Positions 50,320-60,786 of a DNA stretch of 64,000 bases are shown here, one piece after another. Made by a program: the position numbers and the translations under genes. The stretch comes from an uncultured delta proteobacterium. Its GTDB lineage: Bacteria > Desulfobacterota > RBG-13-43-22. Where the stretch lies: contig CAWJJC010000010.1 in the NCBI GenBank assembly GCA_963843145.1, positions 1 to 64,000 on the forward strand. The letters run 5' to 3'. The notes under the pieces were generated by a model, which was not told where the DNA came from, searched no databases, and saw only the letters and a program-made list of their open reading frames with translations. The first letter of the stretch is position 1, and the number at the start of each line of letters is the position of its first letter.

Positions 50320-51798
50320 TTATTGGCACATCTCTTTTAATTTCTCTAAAATTTTGACCATAGCCAGGGTATCGAGGCGGCAATAATCCAGCATGGCTTG
50401 ACGCAATTTGGCTGCCTCTTCCATATCCCGAATTTCCATTAAGTTCTGATAGGCATTCATCGCCATCCCCCCATCCTGGATTTCCAGGTTGGAATAAGTC
50501 ATATCGGGAAGCAGGCAGGGGAGGACGTTTTTCAGGGAATAAGACCCTTTCATTTTCCAGTGATAGACATCTTTTTTTCTGAAGGGGATGGCCAGATCCT
50601 GAAGATTTTGGGTAATTCCTTCGATCCTGTCTTTGTAATTCGGGAACCAGGTAGCCAGGTTCTGGAGACAGCCTTTTTCAAAGCTGGCGTTATAGGCGAT
50701 AACACAGGCCCCCGGAGGGATTTGATCGCAAAGGTTTTGCAGGAGTTCTTCCCTGAAATCGGATCTGGGATCTGCCAAGAATTCGAGGTGTCCCAAAACC
50801 CCGTTCTCCTTTTCCTGGTAATGGAGCGAATATTGAAAGGGGATCCGCTGATAAGGGCGAGTCCCGTTAAAAGGAGGAATCGGAGGATTAATCGTCTCGA
50901 AATCCAAAAAATAGAGGGGATACCAGAGGGTCTTGAGGAAGTCCTTGACCCCATCGGAATTAAAAACCTCCTCCTGGTTGAGGAAGGAGTCTAATTGAAG
51001 CCTTTGACCCTGGGACAATAATTCCCCGGGGACCTCTTTTAGATCAACATACCCCTGATAGTAGAGCTTAAAACGATTCGTTCCTTGCCCCCCAAGGTCA
51101 AAAATAGAATTCTCGGGAAGATGCTCCCGGCAGTGGCCGATGAAATCACAGGCATAGGGATCATTGCATTGTTTCCCGATGGCAATCTCGGGTTCCTTTC
51201 CTGAAAGCATCCGCCGGAGCTTGTTTACCTCCTCCTTTACCCATTCTTGTTTTTTCAGTACACTTTCTGTAACCTCATCGACAATAAATAATTTGTCCGG
51301 TTTTATAGCCCCGTTTCGGACATATTGATTATTGATATAAACCAGGAAGGTTTTCTCAACGGGAAGCCCGGAGCCTTTGGCCACATAAAATTGGAGGGCC
51401 ACGTCATTCAGATGGACTTCTTCTATTTCCGTAACCCCTTTTACCTCGTAAAGTTCCCAACCTTCCTCTCCCAGATGAAGGAGGTCGTTTTTAACAAAGA
51501 TGTCGTCAAAGCTGAAGGTAGCTTCATAGATAGTGTCAATCCCCTTGCTCAGGGCGTTTTGAGTCTTCTGAAGCTGGTCATTATGGGAAAGACCTTCATA
51601 GGGAATTTCTATTCCTCCAGGGAAGAGCTCCTGGGCCAACATTCCCACTTCTGTCCCGGTCTGGAAAAGGTTCTCCTGGTCTTGAGAAATTTCATCCCTC
51701 CATTCCGGGTGAAATTTGTGGAGGTATAAGGACTTAGGACACTGGATGCCTCTTATAAAGAGGGACTTGCTTAAATAGGCCGTTCCTTCTTTCGGCAT
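50320..51798 (-). CDS. DUF2779 protein: Cas4-like PD-(D/E)XK nuclease fused to RNase H-like (DEDD) domain
   Basis: LSKS...QCPK, DLL..YEVK, C...Y.C.F..HC; LDFET, IPFQYSLH, YNASFE, YSLK.VLP, YCRLDT. Confidence 0.88.
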   Translation of the reverse strand: MPKEGTAYLSKSLFIRGIQCPKSLYLHKFHPEWRDEISQDQENLFQTGTEVGMLAQELFPGGIEIPYEGLSHNDQLQKTQNALSKGIDTIYEATFSFDDIFVKNDLLHLGEEGWELYEVKGVTEIEEVHLNDVALQFYVAKGSGLPVEKTFLVYINNQYVRNGAIKPDKLFIVDEVTESVLKKQEWVKEEVNKLRRMLSGKEPEIAIGKQCNDPYACDFIGHCREHLPENSIFDLGGQGTNRFKLYYQGYVDLKEVPGELLSQGQRLQLDSFLNQEEVFNSDGVKDFLKTLWYPLYFLDFETINPPIPPFNGTRPYQRIPFQYSLHYQEKENGVLGHLEFLADPRSDFREELLQNLCDQIPPGACVIAYNASFEKGCLQNLATWFPNYKDRIEGITQNLQDLAIPFRKKDVYHWKMKGSYSLKNVLPCLLPDMTYSNLEIQDGGMAMNAYQNLMEIRDMEEAAKLRQAMLDYCRLDTLAMVKILEKLKEMCQ

Positions 51799-51868
51799 GT
51801 CTGATCTCCTGCTTAATTGAGTTAGGTTTTTCCTTATTGTTGCTGATTTCTTATTTTGACCAAATATT

Positions 51869-51898
51869 ATTATACCGTACTGCCAGGGCCATGTCAGT
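51869..51898 (-). promoter_or_regulatory. Sigma70 promoter with overlapping palindromic operator (putative WYL-regulator site)
   Basis: Minus strand CTGACA-17 bp-TATAAT; ACTGACA-N6-TGGCAGT palindrome (51879-51898) covers the -35. Confidence 0.7.
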
Positions 51899-52030
51899 TC
51901 ACTATGTTAATTATAATTTATAAATCTTTACATATAAAATCCATGTAACGCGTAGAAGCTTAATAATCCTATGTGGTTATCAATAATAATAGCCAAATTT
52001 CATAACAAAACCAATTATCTGAGGGGAAAT

Positions 52031-52485
52031 ATGGACTTCAAACAACTTCTCGAAAAGATTTACCAAAAAAATAGCTCAGTAAACGTTTATTCCAAAAAGG
52101 GGCTCCATTGGTCGGAGTATTTTGGGTTGACCCCGCTATAAAGGAAATCGAGCTGACTTTTGCCGAGCCGGCAGAATCAATAGAATTGGAACCGGGGAGC
52201 GAGTTTATTACCGGTCCTCATGGTCATTGTGCCATTTGGGCACAATATAAAAGGAATGGCTTACTTCCTCAAAAATGGAAGGATCAGGAATACGAATATG
52301 TTCCCAGGGGGAGGGTTCTCTACGAGAGAAAGAAAAAAAGGTTTAAAGTTTTTTCCAGCCAGGAATTGGCCAAAAGTCGATGGTTTCGGGAGGCAATTAT
52401 TAAAGAGTTCAATCTCCAATCCGAGAAAACAGGTTTTTTCGGCGATGAGCACTATGAAGATCCTTTAAAAAGGAAAAGAAAATAG
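52031..52485 (+). CDS. Conserved hypothetical protein (probable frameshift before 52108)
   Basis: RBS + ATG at 52031; VGVFW, GH..IW, EYEYVPRGRVLY, DEHY motifs. Confidence 0.6.
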
Positions 52486-52526
52486 GTCTTTTCAAAATTA
52501 GCGAATGAAGGGCAACGCTTTTTTCA

Positions 52527-52610
52527 ATGAATAAGCGTCTTATCAAGACCAGTAAATTCTTGAGTCTGGTCCTTCGTCATCAACCCGAAACCATAGGCTT
52601 ATCATTAGAT
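52527..52610 (+). pseudogene. kptA: RNA 2'-phosphotransferase (KptA/Tpt1) N-terminal remnant
   Basis: SKFLSLVLRHQPETIGLSLD is the diagnostic start; similarity stops after about 28 aa. Confidence 0.75.
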
Positions 52611-52887
52611 CAAATAGATACTATTGCCATATATTTTCATCGATGGATGTATCTCAAACGAAATAAAAACCAGGCATCTCTCTTGAGAATTGAGGTCTAC
52701 TATTCTTCCATCAAAACTCCTTGATTAAAGGTTGCCAGAAAGAAATGCCTCTATGGCTGCGGATTTAGAAGCTTACAAGGAAGCACTCTATTTGGATAAA
52801 CTACATTCATCCGAATTGCCCAAAGTTTAGCCACTCATCTTGACTAAGGAGCCATCAACCAGTCCCTGATAATCTATCCAGTTCTCT

Positions 52888-53056
52888 TCAGCGTTTCTTT
52901 CCGATCGCAAACGCTTTTCCAATAAATTCCCCGATACCATGATACTGTTGTATTTCCGGGCTGAAGACCAGGGGACGAATCTTCTCGATATCGGGTTTTC
53001 CATCATCCTTCAGCATACTTTCATCAATTTTGACATCTAAAATCTCACCCACGAAT
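52888..53056 (-). pseudogene. Flavoredoxin / flavin reductase C-terminal remnant
   Basis: FVGEILDVKIDESML..GKPDIEKIRPLVF...YHGIGEFIGKAFAIGK-stop. Confidence 0.7.
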
Positions 53057-53139
53057 TGGGATGGGATTCGATCCTTTCATTTTATCTTTTCTCTACCCCT
53101 GCGGCCGCGCGGCGGTGGACTTTCTCTGAGGCGGCCAGT

Positions 53140-54209
<1,070 letters not shown>

Positions 54210-54289
54210 GGCTACCTCTGTTTGAGATAGAGGATTATAGAATGAGATGGAGGGAAGGGAGCAAGGACGAAAAAGTGAAAGGTTTTTGA

Positions 54290-55801
54290 TTAGGGTTCAG
54301 GACTCTGGTTTGTCTCCCAGCGGATTTTCAGAAGCCCAGCGCCTTTTCGAGGTTGCGGATCAGCTCCGCGGGGAGTAGGTTCCATCCAGCGCTGCCCCAG
54401 AACCAGGAAAAAAATATAAAAACAAAGGATGCCCAGCGCCGAAAAGATAAGACCGGCCAGCGAGCTGATTTGGGGAAGCGCACCCCGAATCCCGGTTACC
54501 AGCCCGACCGAAAAGAGGCAAGCCAAGGTCGGGATCAGTACCTGGCGAAACACCGCAGACCAGGGTAGAGAAAGCAAGCGCCCGATGATTCCATAACGAA
54601 CCAATTGCATTAAAACCCCAATCCCGGCCATTAATATCGCTACCCCCCGCGCGCCTTGCCAGTAGGTCAGGGGAATTACTCCCGCGCCGAAAAGGACGGT
54701 CATCACTAAAACCGTCTGAACCCAGAGTTTCAGCCGGCCCAGGGCTTGAAAAAGGCCTCCCAAAAAACCGGCGAATAGGGAGCAGACCCCCCAGATCGCC
54801 AGCCAGGGGACCAGCGGCAGACCGGCCAGCCACTGATGTCCCAGAACGAGCGGGTAAAAATCGGGAGAGCAAACACAAACCAGACCCGCCATGCCCAAAG
54901 TGATCACGGAAATCATGCCGAAGGATTGCCGAAAGGCTTTTTCCAGACGGTCCCGATCCTGCTGGAGGTGGCTAAATACCGGAAAGGCCAGTTGGGCGAC
55001 AACTCCACCGATTTCGGTGGTGGCCAGCGTACAGATCAAAAAGGTCATCTGGTAAAGGGCCAAAGCCTTAACATCCAGGAGGCGTCCGATTACCCAGTCT
55101 CCCCCTCGCATAAAAATGTAGGCGACGAGGCAATTGATAAATATCAAGAAACCAAAGCGGCGAAGGTCCTTCAGCGGCCGCCAATCAAAGGAAATCCCCA
55201 GACTGCCGGGTTCCGAGAAAAGATGCGCGCCCAGGGTAGTGACCGCCGCCCCGCTGAGCCCGGCCAGCACGAGAGCCCAGGCATCCGGACGAAGATAGGC
55301 CATAGCCAGGCCCACACCCAGACTGATCAGGGATCCCCCGGTCTGCAGGGCCACGACCGGAGCGAATCTAAGTTCTTTCCTGGCCAGGGTTTCAAAAAGA
55401 GGTTCAAACCCTTTAATGACCGGGAGCAGCGCCATCACCCGAAGAATGGCCAGCGATTGAGGACTGTCAAAAAAGGCGGCCAGCCACGGCGCGCCCAGGA
55501 ATACGATTCCTCCCAGCAGTAAACCGCGGACGATCTGAAGCGTTCGAACCGGCAAAAGATAGACCGAGAGGTCACCCGAGCGTTGAATCAGGGCCGACCG
55601 GAGACCCGTCTCCGAAAATTGATCCAAGGCCGTCAGGGCCAGGGTGGCCACGGCATAAACACCCATTTCATCCGGGCCAAGCCAGCGGGCGATGGTCAGC
55701 ATCCGCGCCAGATCGAACCCGCGGGTCAAAAGGCGCGCGGCCGTAAGGGACAGCCCCCCGCGAAGGAGGCGCCCGGCTAGATCTGGGACGATGGCGTTCA
55801 A
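54290..55801 (-). CDS. Polysaccharide flippase (WzxC-like, PST family)
   Basis: ARWLGPDEMG, GLRSALIQ, FPVFS, multiple TM. Confidence 0.85.
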   Translation of the reverse strand: MNAIVPDLAGRLLRGGLSLTAARLLTRGFDLARMLTIARWLGPDEMGVYAVATLALTALDQFSETGLRSALIQRSGDLSVYLLPVRTLQIVRGLLLGGIVFLGAPWLAAFFDSPQSLAILRVMALLPVIKGFEPLFETLARKELRFAPVVALQTGGSLISLGVGLAMAYLRPDAWALVLAGLSGAAVTTLGAHLFSEPGSLGISFDWRPLKDLRRFGFLIFINCLVAYIFMRGGDWVIGRLLDVKALALYQMTFLICTLATTEIGGVVAQLAFPVFSHLQQDRDRLEKAFRQSFGMISVITLGMAGLVCVCSPDFYPLVLGHQWLAGLPLVPWLAIWGVCSLFAGFLGGLFQALGRLKLWVQTVLVMTVLFGAGVIPLTYWQGARGVAILMAGIGVLMQLVRYGIIGRLLSLPWSAVFRQVLIPTLACLFSVGLVTGIRGALPQISSLAGLIFSALGILCFYIFFLVLGQRWMEPTPRGADPQPRKGAGLLKIRWETNQSPEP

Positions 55802-55831
55802 AACATTTTTCGTTGAGGCCGAGGGCTCTTT

Positions 55832-56797
55832 TTATTCCAATTTTTTTAGGCTTAAGGATTCTACCGGAAAGCCGCTGTCCAGCCAGGCCTGCAGGCCGCC
55901 GGCCAACACGCGAACCTTTTCTATTCCCCGCCGTTTCATCAATTGCGCCACCCGGGCGCTGGAAGCTTCGTTGGGTCAGGAGCAGTATAAAATAACCTCC
56001 CGGTCCAGAGGGATCCGCTGGATATGATGGCGCACGCCATTCAACGGCAGGTGAAAAGCACCGGGGAGGTGCTGCGGTTTCGCTAGGAGGTCCAGTTCCG
56101 TTCGAACATCCAGGATCAGCGGACGGTCTTCGTTTTCCAATTTTTCCTTGACCTCCTCCGCTGAAATGCGCAACAATAGAAATTGCCTCATGAGCCATTG
56201 TCGTTGCCAGAGCTTCCAGATAATGGTCCCCGCCAGTCCGCCCAGGAGGAGGACCCCGACGCCATTCCCCAGTCTCAGGAATTGATTGGCCATCCACTCC
56301 AGTTGATCGCTGAATTCATATCCCAATCCCACCAGGACGATTACCCAGAGGATGATTCCCAGGGTATCCCAGAATATAAACCGCTGGAGCCGCATCCGAA
56401 AAATCCCGGCCAAAGGCGGGGTGATAATGTTGACCCCGGGCAGGAATTTGGCCACCAGAAGTGACCGGACCCCTTGTCGAGAAAAAATATCCTTGGCCCG
56501 GCCGACACAGGTGTCGGGGCTTAGGGACATTCGGCAAAGAAAAGGGATGACCTTCTCTCCCCGCCACTTTCCCAGGGAATACCAACTCAAATCGGCGATC
56601 AGCGCGGCGCTCCAGATCACCAGGAAAATCGGCAGGATTTCCAAGCTTCCGTAACCGACCAGGGCCCCGGCAGCCAGCAAAATAGGCGCCGACGGGATGG
56701 GGAGACCAAATTGCTCCAACAGCACCCAAGAAAATAGAACCGCGTACCCGTGCTGAACAAAAAAAGATAGAAGTATTTTCACCATAATTAAGGACAC
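55832..56797 (-). CDS. DedA/VTT-rhodanese fusion, probable selenoprotein (UGA at 55976-55978)
   Basis: EQFGLPIP, AKFLPG, DVR; LYCS-UGA-PNEASSARVA...LAGGLQAW continues in frame 47 codons to TAA. Confidence 0.85.
55945..55959 (-). promoter_or_regulatory. Putative bacterial SECIS hairpin
   Basis: GCGCC-CGGGT-GGCGC stem-loop starting about 16 nt after the in-frame UGA, with G-containing loop. Confidence 0.6.
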
Positions 56798-57018
56798 ACC
56801 GGGAAAAGATAGTTACCCCGCCAGTATAGAAGAATCGTTTTGCTTTGGGCAAGAAATTTTCACTGGCTAAAAGATCGGCGATCTCCGCCAACGCTTCCGG
56901 GGTCCGGAGGGTTGGAGGCCCTGATCTCCTCAACCCGGTTTAATCAGTAGATCTTTTTTCGTCTTTAAGGTATATGTAGAAATTGAACTTAAACCCAGAC
57001 AATCAAAAGAGGTGCCTT

Positions 57019-57978
57019 ATGCGGTATAAAAACACGTTACCAAATCTGTTGGCTCTGCTTTTAATGAGCGCTTTCATTTTCCTTTGGGCTTCCAGTGAAG
57101 TCATGGCCCGGGCGGGAGGCGGACTGTCCGGAGGATTTCGCGGGAGCCGGTCCTTTTCCGCGCCTCGGACTTTCAGCCCGTCTCCTCTCAATCCAGGCGC
57201 CCCTTCTTCGGGGATGTTCAACCAGTCCACGCCGATGGCGCCTTCCACGGGGAGTCCGTTACTGCGGGGGTTGGCGGGAGGCCTGGCCGGGGGGTTCCTC
57301 GGAAATATGCTCTTCGGCGGCCTGGGTCACGGCGCCATGGGTTCCGGAGGCGGCGGAGGCGGAATCGGCTTCCTGGAAATAATACTTCTAGGGATAGGGG
57401 CCTTTCTATTATTCCGGTTTATCCGCAGTCGTAAAAAGACCGCGGGTTCCCCGTTCCAGCAGACCAATTATATCCCCCCTCCCTATTCCCAAGATCCTAA
57501 TCCGTCAGGCCTCGCCGCGGATCAAACGGTCGAAGCCGGAATCGGACATATCCAGTCCATGGACGCCCGCTTTAATCCCGCGGATTTCAAAGACTGGGTC
57601 CAGGACCTTTTCTTCAAGATTCAGGCCGCCTGGACCAATCAGGACCTGGGGCCGCTGACTCCTTTTTTAGCTCCGGAGATCCAAGCCATGTTCTCCCGGG
57701 ATCTGGAAGGTCAAAAATCCCAAAACCGGATCAATCGTCTGGAAAATATTGCCGTCCGTTCGGTGGATATCACCGAGGCCTGGCAGGAGGAAGGAAAAGA
57801 TTTTATCACCATCCTCTTTTACGCCAATTTGCTGGATTACCTGGAAGACAAAAAGACCGGAGCCGTGGTTTCCGGAAGCAAGACCGAACCGGTCAAATTC
57901 CGGGAATACTGGACCTTTGTACGGCCCGTTGGCGGCCAGGATAATTGGCAGTTGAGCGCTATCCAACAGGAAAGTTAA
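57019..57978 (+). CDS. Tim44 domain membrane protein
   Basis: ARAGGG.SGG.RGSRS N-terminus, Gly-rich TM, KIQAAW, FREYWTFVR, WQLSAIQQ. Confidence 0.9.
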   Translation: MRYKNTLPNLLALLLMSAFIFLWASSEVMARAGGGLSGGFRGSRSFSAPRTFSPSPLNPGAPSSGMFNQSTPMAPSTGSPLLRGLAGGLAGGFLGNMLFGGLGHGAMGSGGGGGGIGFLEIILLGIGAFLLFRFIRSRKKTAGSPFQQTNYIPPPYSQDPNPSGLAADQTVEAGIGHIQSMDARFNPADFKDWVQDLFFKIQAAWTNQDLGPLTPFLAPEIQAMFSRDLEGQKSQNRINRLENIAVRSVDITEAWQEEGKDFITILFYANLLDYLEDKKTGAVVSGSKTEPVKFREYWTFVRPVGGQDNWQLSAIQQES

Positions 57979-57996
57979 ACCAGACAGGGAATTGCT

Positions 57997-58080
57997 CGTC
58001 ATCCCCGAAGGTCTTTATCGGGGATCCAGTGTTCCTTTGGAAAAACCTGGATTCCCGCTCAGAAGCGCTGCGGGAATGAC
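57997..58080. repeat. REP-like doublet palindrome
   Basis: GTCATCCCCG..CGGGGATCCAG ... CTGGATTCCCGC..GCGGGAATGAC. Confidence 0.65.
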
Positions 58081-58125
58081 GCTTTATTACGCGGGGTCAC
58101 TAACCACCTTATAAGAGGCCGGCCA

Positions 58126-59529
58126 ATGCCCGGTAAGTCCACAGAAGAGCTTCAGGAAAAGATCCAATTCTATGAACGGGTGCTGGACAACATCCGCAAC
58201 GGGGTTATGATCACCGAACCCTCCGGGAAAATTATTTTTTTCAGCCGGGCCTACGGTGATTTCCTGGGCATCGATCCCCAAAAGGCCATGGGCCGGCATT
58301 GCCGGGAGGTGGTGGAGAATACCCGCATGGAAATCGTGGCCCAGACCGGCATCCCGGAAATCAACCACCCCCACCGGATCAAGGGCCAGGACATGGTGGT
58401 GCAACGGATCCCCATTAAGAAAAACGGCCGGACGATCGCCGTCTATGGACAGGTCATGTTTGAAGACGTGCGGGATGTTCAAGCCCTGGCCAAAAAGCTC
58501 AGCCTCCTGGAAACCAAACTGGAATTGTACGAAAAAGAACTGACCCACCTGCGCTCCTCCAAGTACACCATCAAGCATATCATCGGCCGAAGCGAGGAGA
58601 TGACCAAATTAAAGAATATGGCCCTCCAGGCGGCCAAGACCAATGCCCCGGTCCTGATCCTGGGGGAAAGCGGCACAGGTAAAGAGCTCTTCGCCCATGC
58701 CATTCACTACGCCAGCGAACGGCGGACCTTCCCTTTTATCCGCCTGAATTGTGCGGCCATCCCCCGGGACCTGCTGGAAGCCGAACTTTTCGGCTATGAA
58801 CCCGGGGCCTTTACCGGGGCCGGCAGCAAAACCAAACCGGGGAAATTCGAACTGGCCCATCAGGGAACCATTTTTCTGGACGAAATCGGGGACCTGCCCC
58901 TGGAAATGCAGCCCAAACTGCTGCGGGTCATTGAAGAAAAGGAAACCGAACGTCTGGGCGGCACCCGGCTGATCCACAGCAATTTTCGCCTGATCACCGC
59001 CACCCACGCCCCCTTGGAAGAGATGGTCGCCCAAGGCCGTTTTCGCAAAGACCTCTATTACCGCCTTAATGTCATCCCCCTGGCCATTCCCCCCCTCCGC
59101 GATCGAAAAGAGGATCTCCCGCTGCTGGCCGACCATTTGATCCAGATGCTCAACCGGGAACTAGGGACCCATGTCACCCGGCCGGCGCCGGAGGTTTTGA
59201 ATCGTTTCCGCCAATATGACTGGCCGGGAAATGTGCGGGAACTGATCAATGTGCTGGAAAGGGTCCTCTATTCTCTCGACGGGGACACCATTCATATTGA
59301 CCATTTGCCCATTTTTTTGCAGACCCACAAGAAAAGAGCACCCTCCGCCGGCGCCACCTCCCTAAAACGACTGCGAGAGGACTTGGAGAAGGAGGTCCTT
59401 TCCCAGGCCATGAAAAAAGCCCATTACAATAAACAGCAGGCCGCGCAGGCCTTAGGCATTCACCGGACGGCCCTCTATAAAAAAATAAAGAAATACGACC
59501 TCCCCCTGCAGCCGGCCCGCTGGAAATAA
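58126..59529 (+). CDS. PAS-domain sigma54-dependent transcriptional activator (Fis HTH)
   Basis: GESGTGKE, GAFTGA, FLDEIG, WPGNVREL, LGIHRTALYKK. Confidence 0.95.
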   Translation: MPGKSTEELQEKIQFYERVLDNIRNGVMITEPSGKIIFFSRAYGDFLGIDPQKAMGRHCREVVENTRMEIVAQTGIPEINHPHRIKGQDMVVQRIPIKKNGRTIAVYGQVMFEDVRDVQALAKKLSLLETKLELYEKELTHLRSSKYTIKHIIGRSEEMTKLKNMALQAAKTNAPVLILGESGTGKELFAHAIHYASERRTFPFIRLNCAAIPRDLLEAELFGYEPGAFTGAGSKTKPGKFELAHQGTIFLDEIGDLPLEMQPKLLRVIEEKETERLGGTRLIHSNFRLITATHAPLEEMVAQGRFRKDLYYRLNVIPLAIPPLRDRKEDLPLLADHLIQMLNRELGTHVTRPAPEVLNRFRQYDWPGNVRELINVLERVLYSLDGDTIHIDHLPIFLQTHKKRAPSAGATSLKRLREDLEKEVLSQAMKKAHYNKQQAAQALGIHRTALYKKIKKYDLPLQPARWK

Positions 59530-59533
59530 GGAA

Positions 59534-59639
59534 TGTATACTTTTCTCTACATGTATCCAGTTGGCTATATTCTGATAAACCCGCCTGATTATCACCATAA
59601 AAATAAAGACTGGTTATTTTCTGTAGCCATTTTGCTACA
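59534..59639. promoter_or_regulatory. Three TGTA-N10-TA(C/T)A upstream activator sites
   Basis: TGTATACTTTTCTCTACA (59534), TGTATCCAGTTGGCTATA (59552), TGTAGCCATTTTGCTACA (59622). Confidence 0.7.
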
Positions 59640-59726
59640 CCTCGGGGATTTCCTCTTTTCCCCTTCTTTTCCTCTTTCTTATTGAATTATTAAACAGTTG
59701 TCCGTTCTGGGCCGGGTCGGCTTTTC

Positions 59727-59742
59727 TGGCCCTGTTATTGCT
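59727..59742 (+). promoter_or_regulatory. Sigma54 (-24/-12) promoter
   Basis: TGGCCCTGTTATTGCT with GG-N10-GC spacing, 58 bp before the SDR start. Confidence 0.8.
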
Positions 59743-59799
59743 GGTATATGGCCAACACTCTCCTAAGTTCCCACCAAAACCTTAAAGGAGCCTTTTATT

Positions 59800-60667
59800 A
59801 TGGGCAAAAAAGTCGATATTTCCGAGCCCAGGATCAGGAAAGACGATGTGCTGATCCTTTCCGATCCCGACTTTAACGTCAACAACGTCTGTCTGGTGAC
59901 CGGGGCCGGCGGGGGTATCGGCCGGGCCACGGCCATCGCCGCCGCCGCCAACAACCTCATGACCGTTGGACTCGATATCAACGAAAAAGAGGGCCAGAAA
60001 ACCCAGCGACTGGCCCGGGACCTGGGCGGGCAGATGATTTTTATCAAAACCGACTTGACCCGGGAAGAAGACCTCCGCTACGCCGTGGCCGAAGCCGCCA
60101 AATTGGGGACCATCAAATATCTGGCCAATATTGCCGGCATTCAGCACATCGATTCCATCGAAAACTTTCCCATGGAAAAATACGACTATATGATGCGCCT
60201 TATGCTGCGGGCACCCTTCTACCTTTCCAAATTGGTCGCTGCCTCACATGAAAAAAAGCAAAAACGGAACCGGGGCCATCGGCAACATGACCTCCATCCA
60301 CGCCCACATCTGCACCCTGAACAAGACCGTCTATAACCTGACCAAGTTCGGACTGCGGGCCCTGACCCAGTCCATCGCCGCCGAAGGAAACGGCAAAATC
60401 CGTTCCTTTTCCGTCAGCACCGGCTTTGTCAAAACCGCCCTGACGCTCAAACAAATCCCGGCCCAAGCCCAACAGCGGAAAATCACCCCTCAACAGGTGG
60501 TCCAGGACGTCATGCTGGGTAATTCCCGGATCAAAGAGATGATGACCCCCATTGAGGTAGGGAATCTTTTTCTGTTCGGCTTTTCCCGCTTCGCCAAATA
60601 CCTGATCGGCGGGGATTTGCTTTTTGATGGCGGCATGGTCTTGACCTATGCCGAGAAAAAAGGTTAG
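59800..60667 (+). CDS. SDR oxidoreductase, 3-hydroxybutyrate dehydrogenase-like (frameshift near 60240)
   Basis: TGAGGGIG, NIAGIQH, SIH, YNLTK, STGFVKT, DGG. Confidence 0.82.
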
Positions 60668-60786
60668 TCTCTCTTCCGTTCGCTGATTTATCAAAAAAAA
60701 ATAAGGAGGTGATCCATCAGGTAAGAAATAAATCACTTCTATCTTTAAGAGCTTTTTGTAACGCACCTAATAAAAAAGGAGGGTTA

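Noticed and set aside
50320-51798. CRISPR-Cas locus suggested by the Cas4-like domain and WYL gene
   Set aside because: No repeat-spacer array and no cas1/cas2 or effector genes in the window
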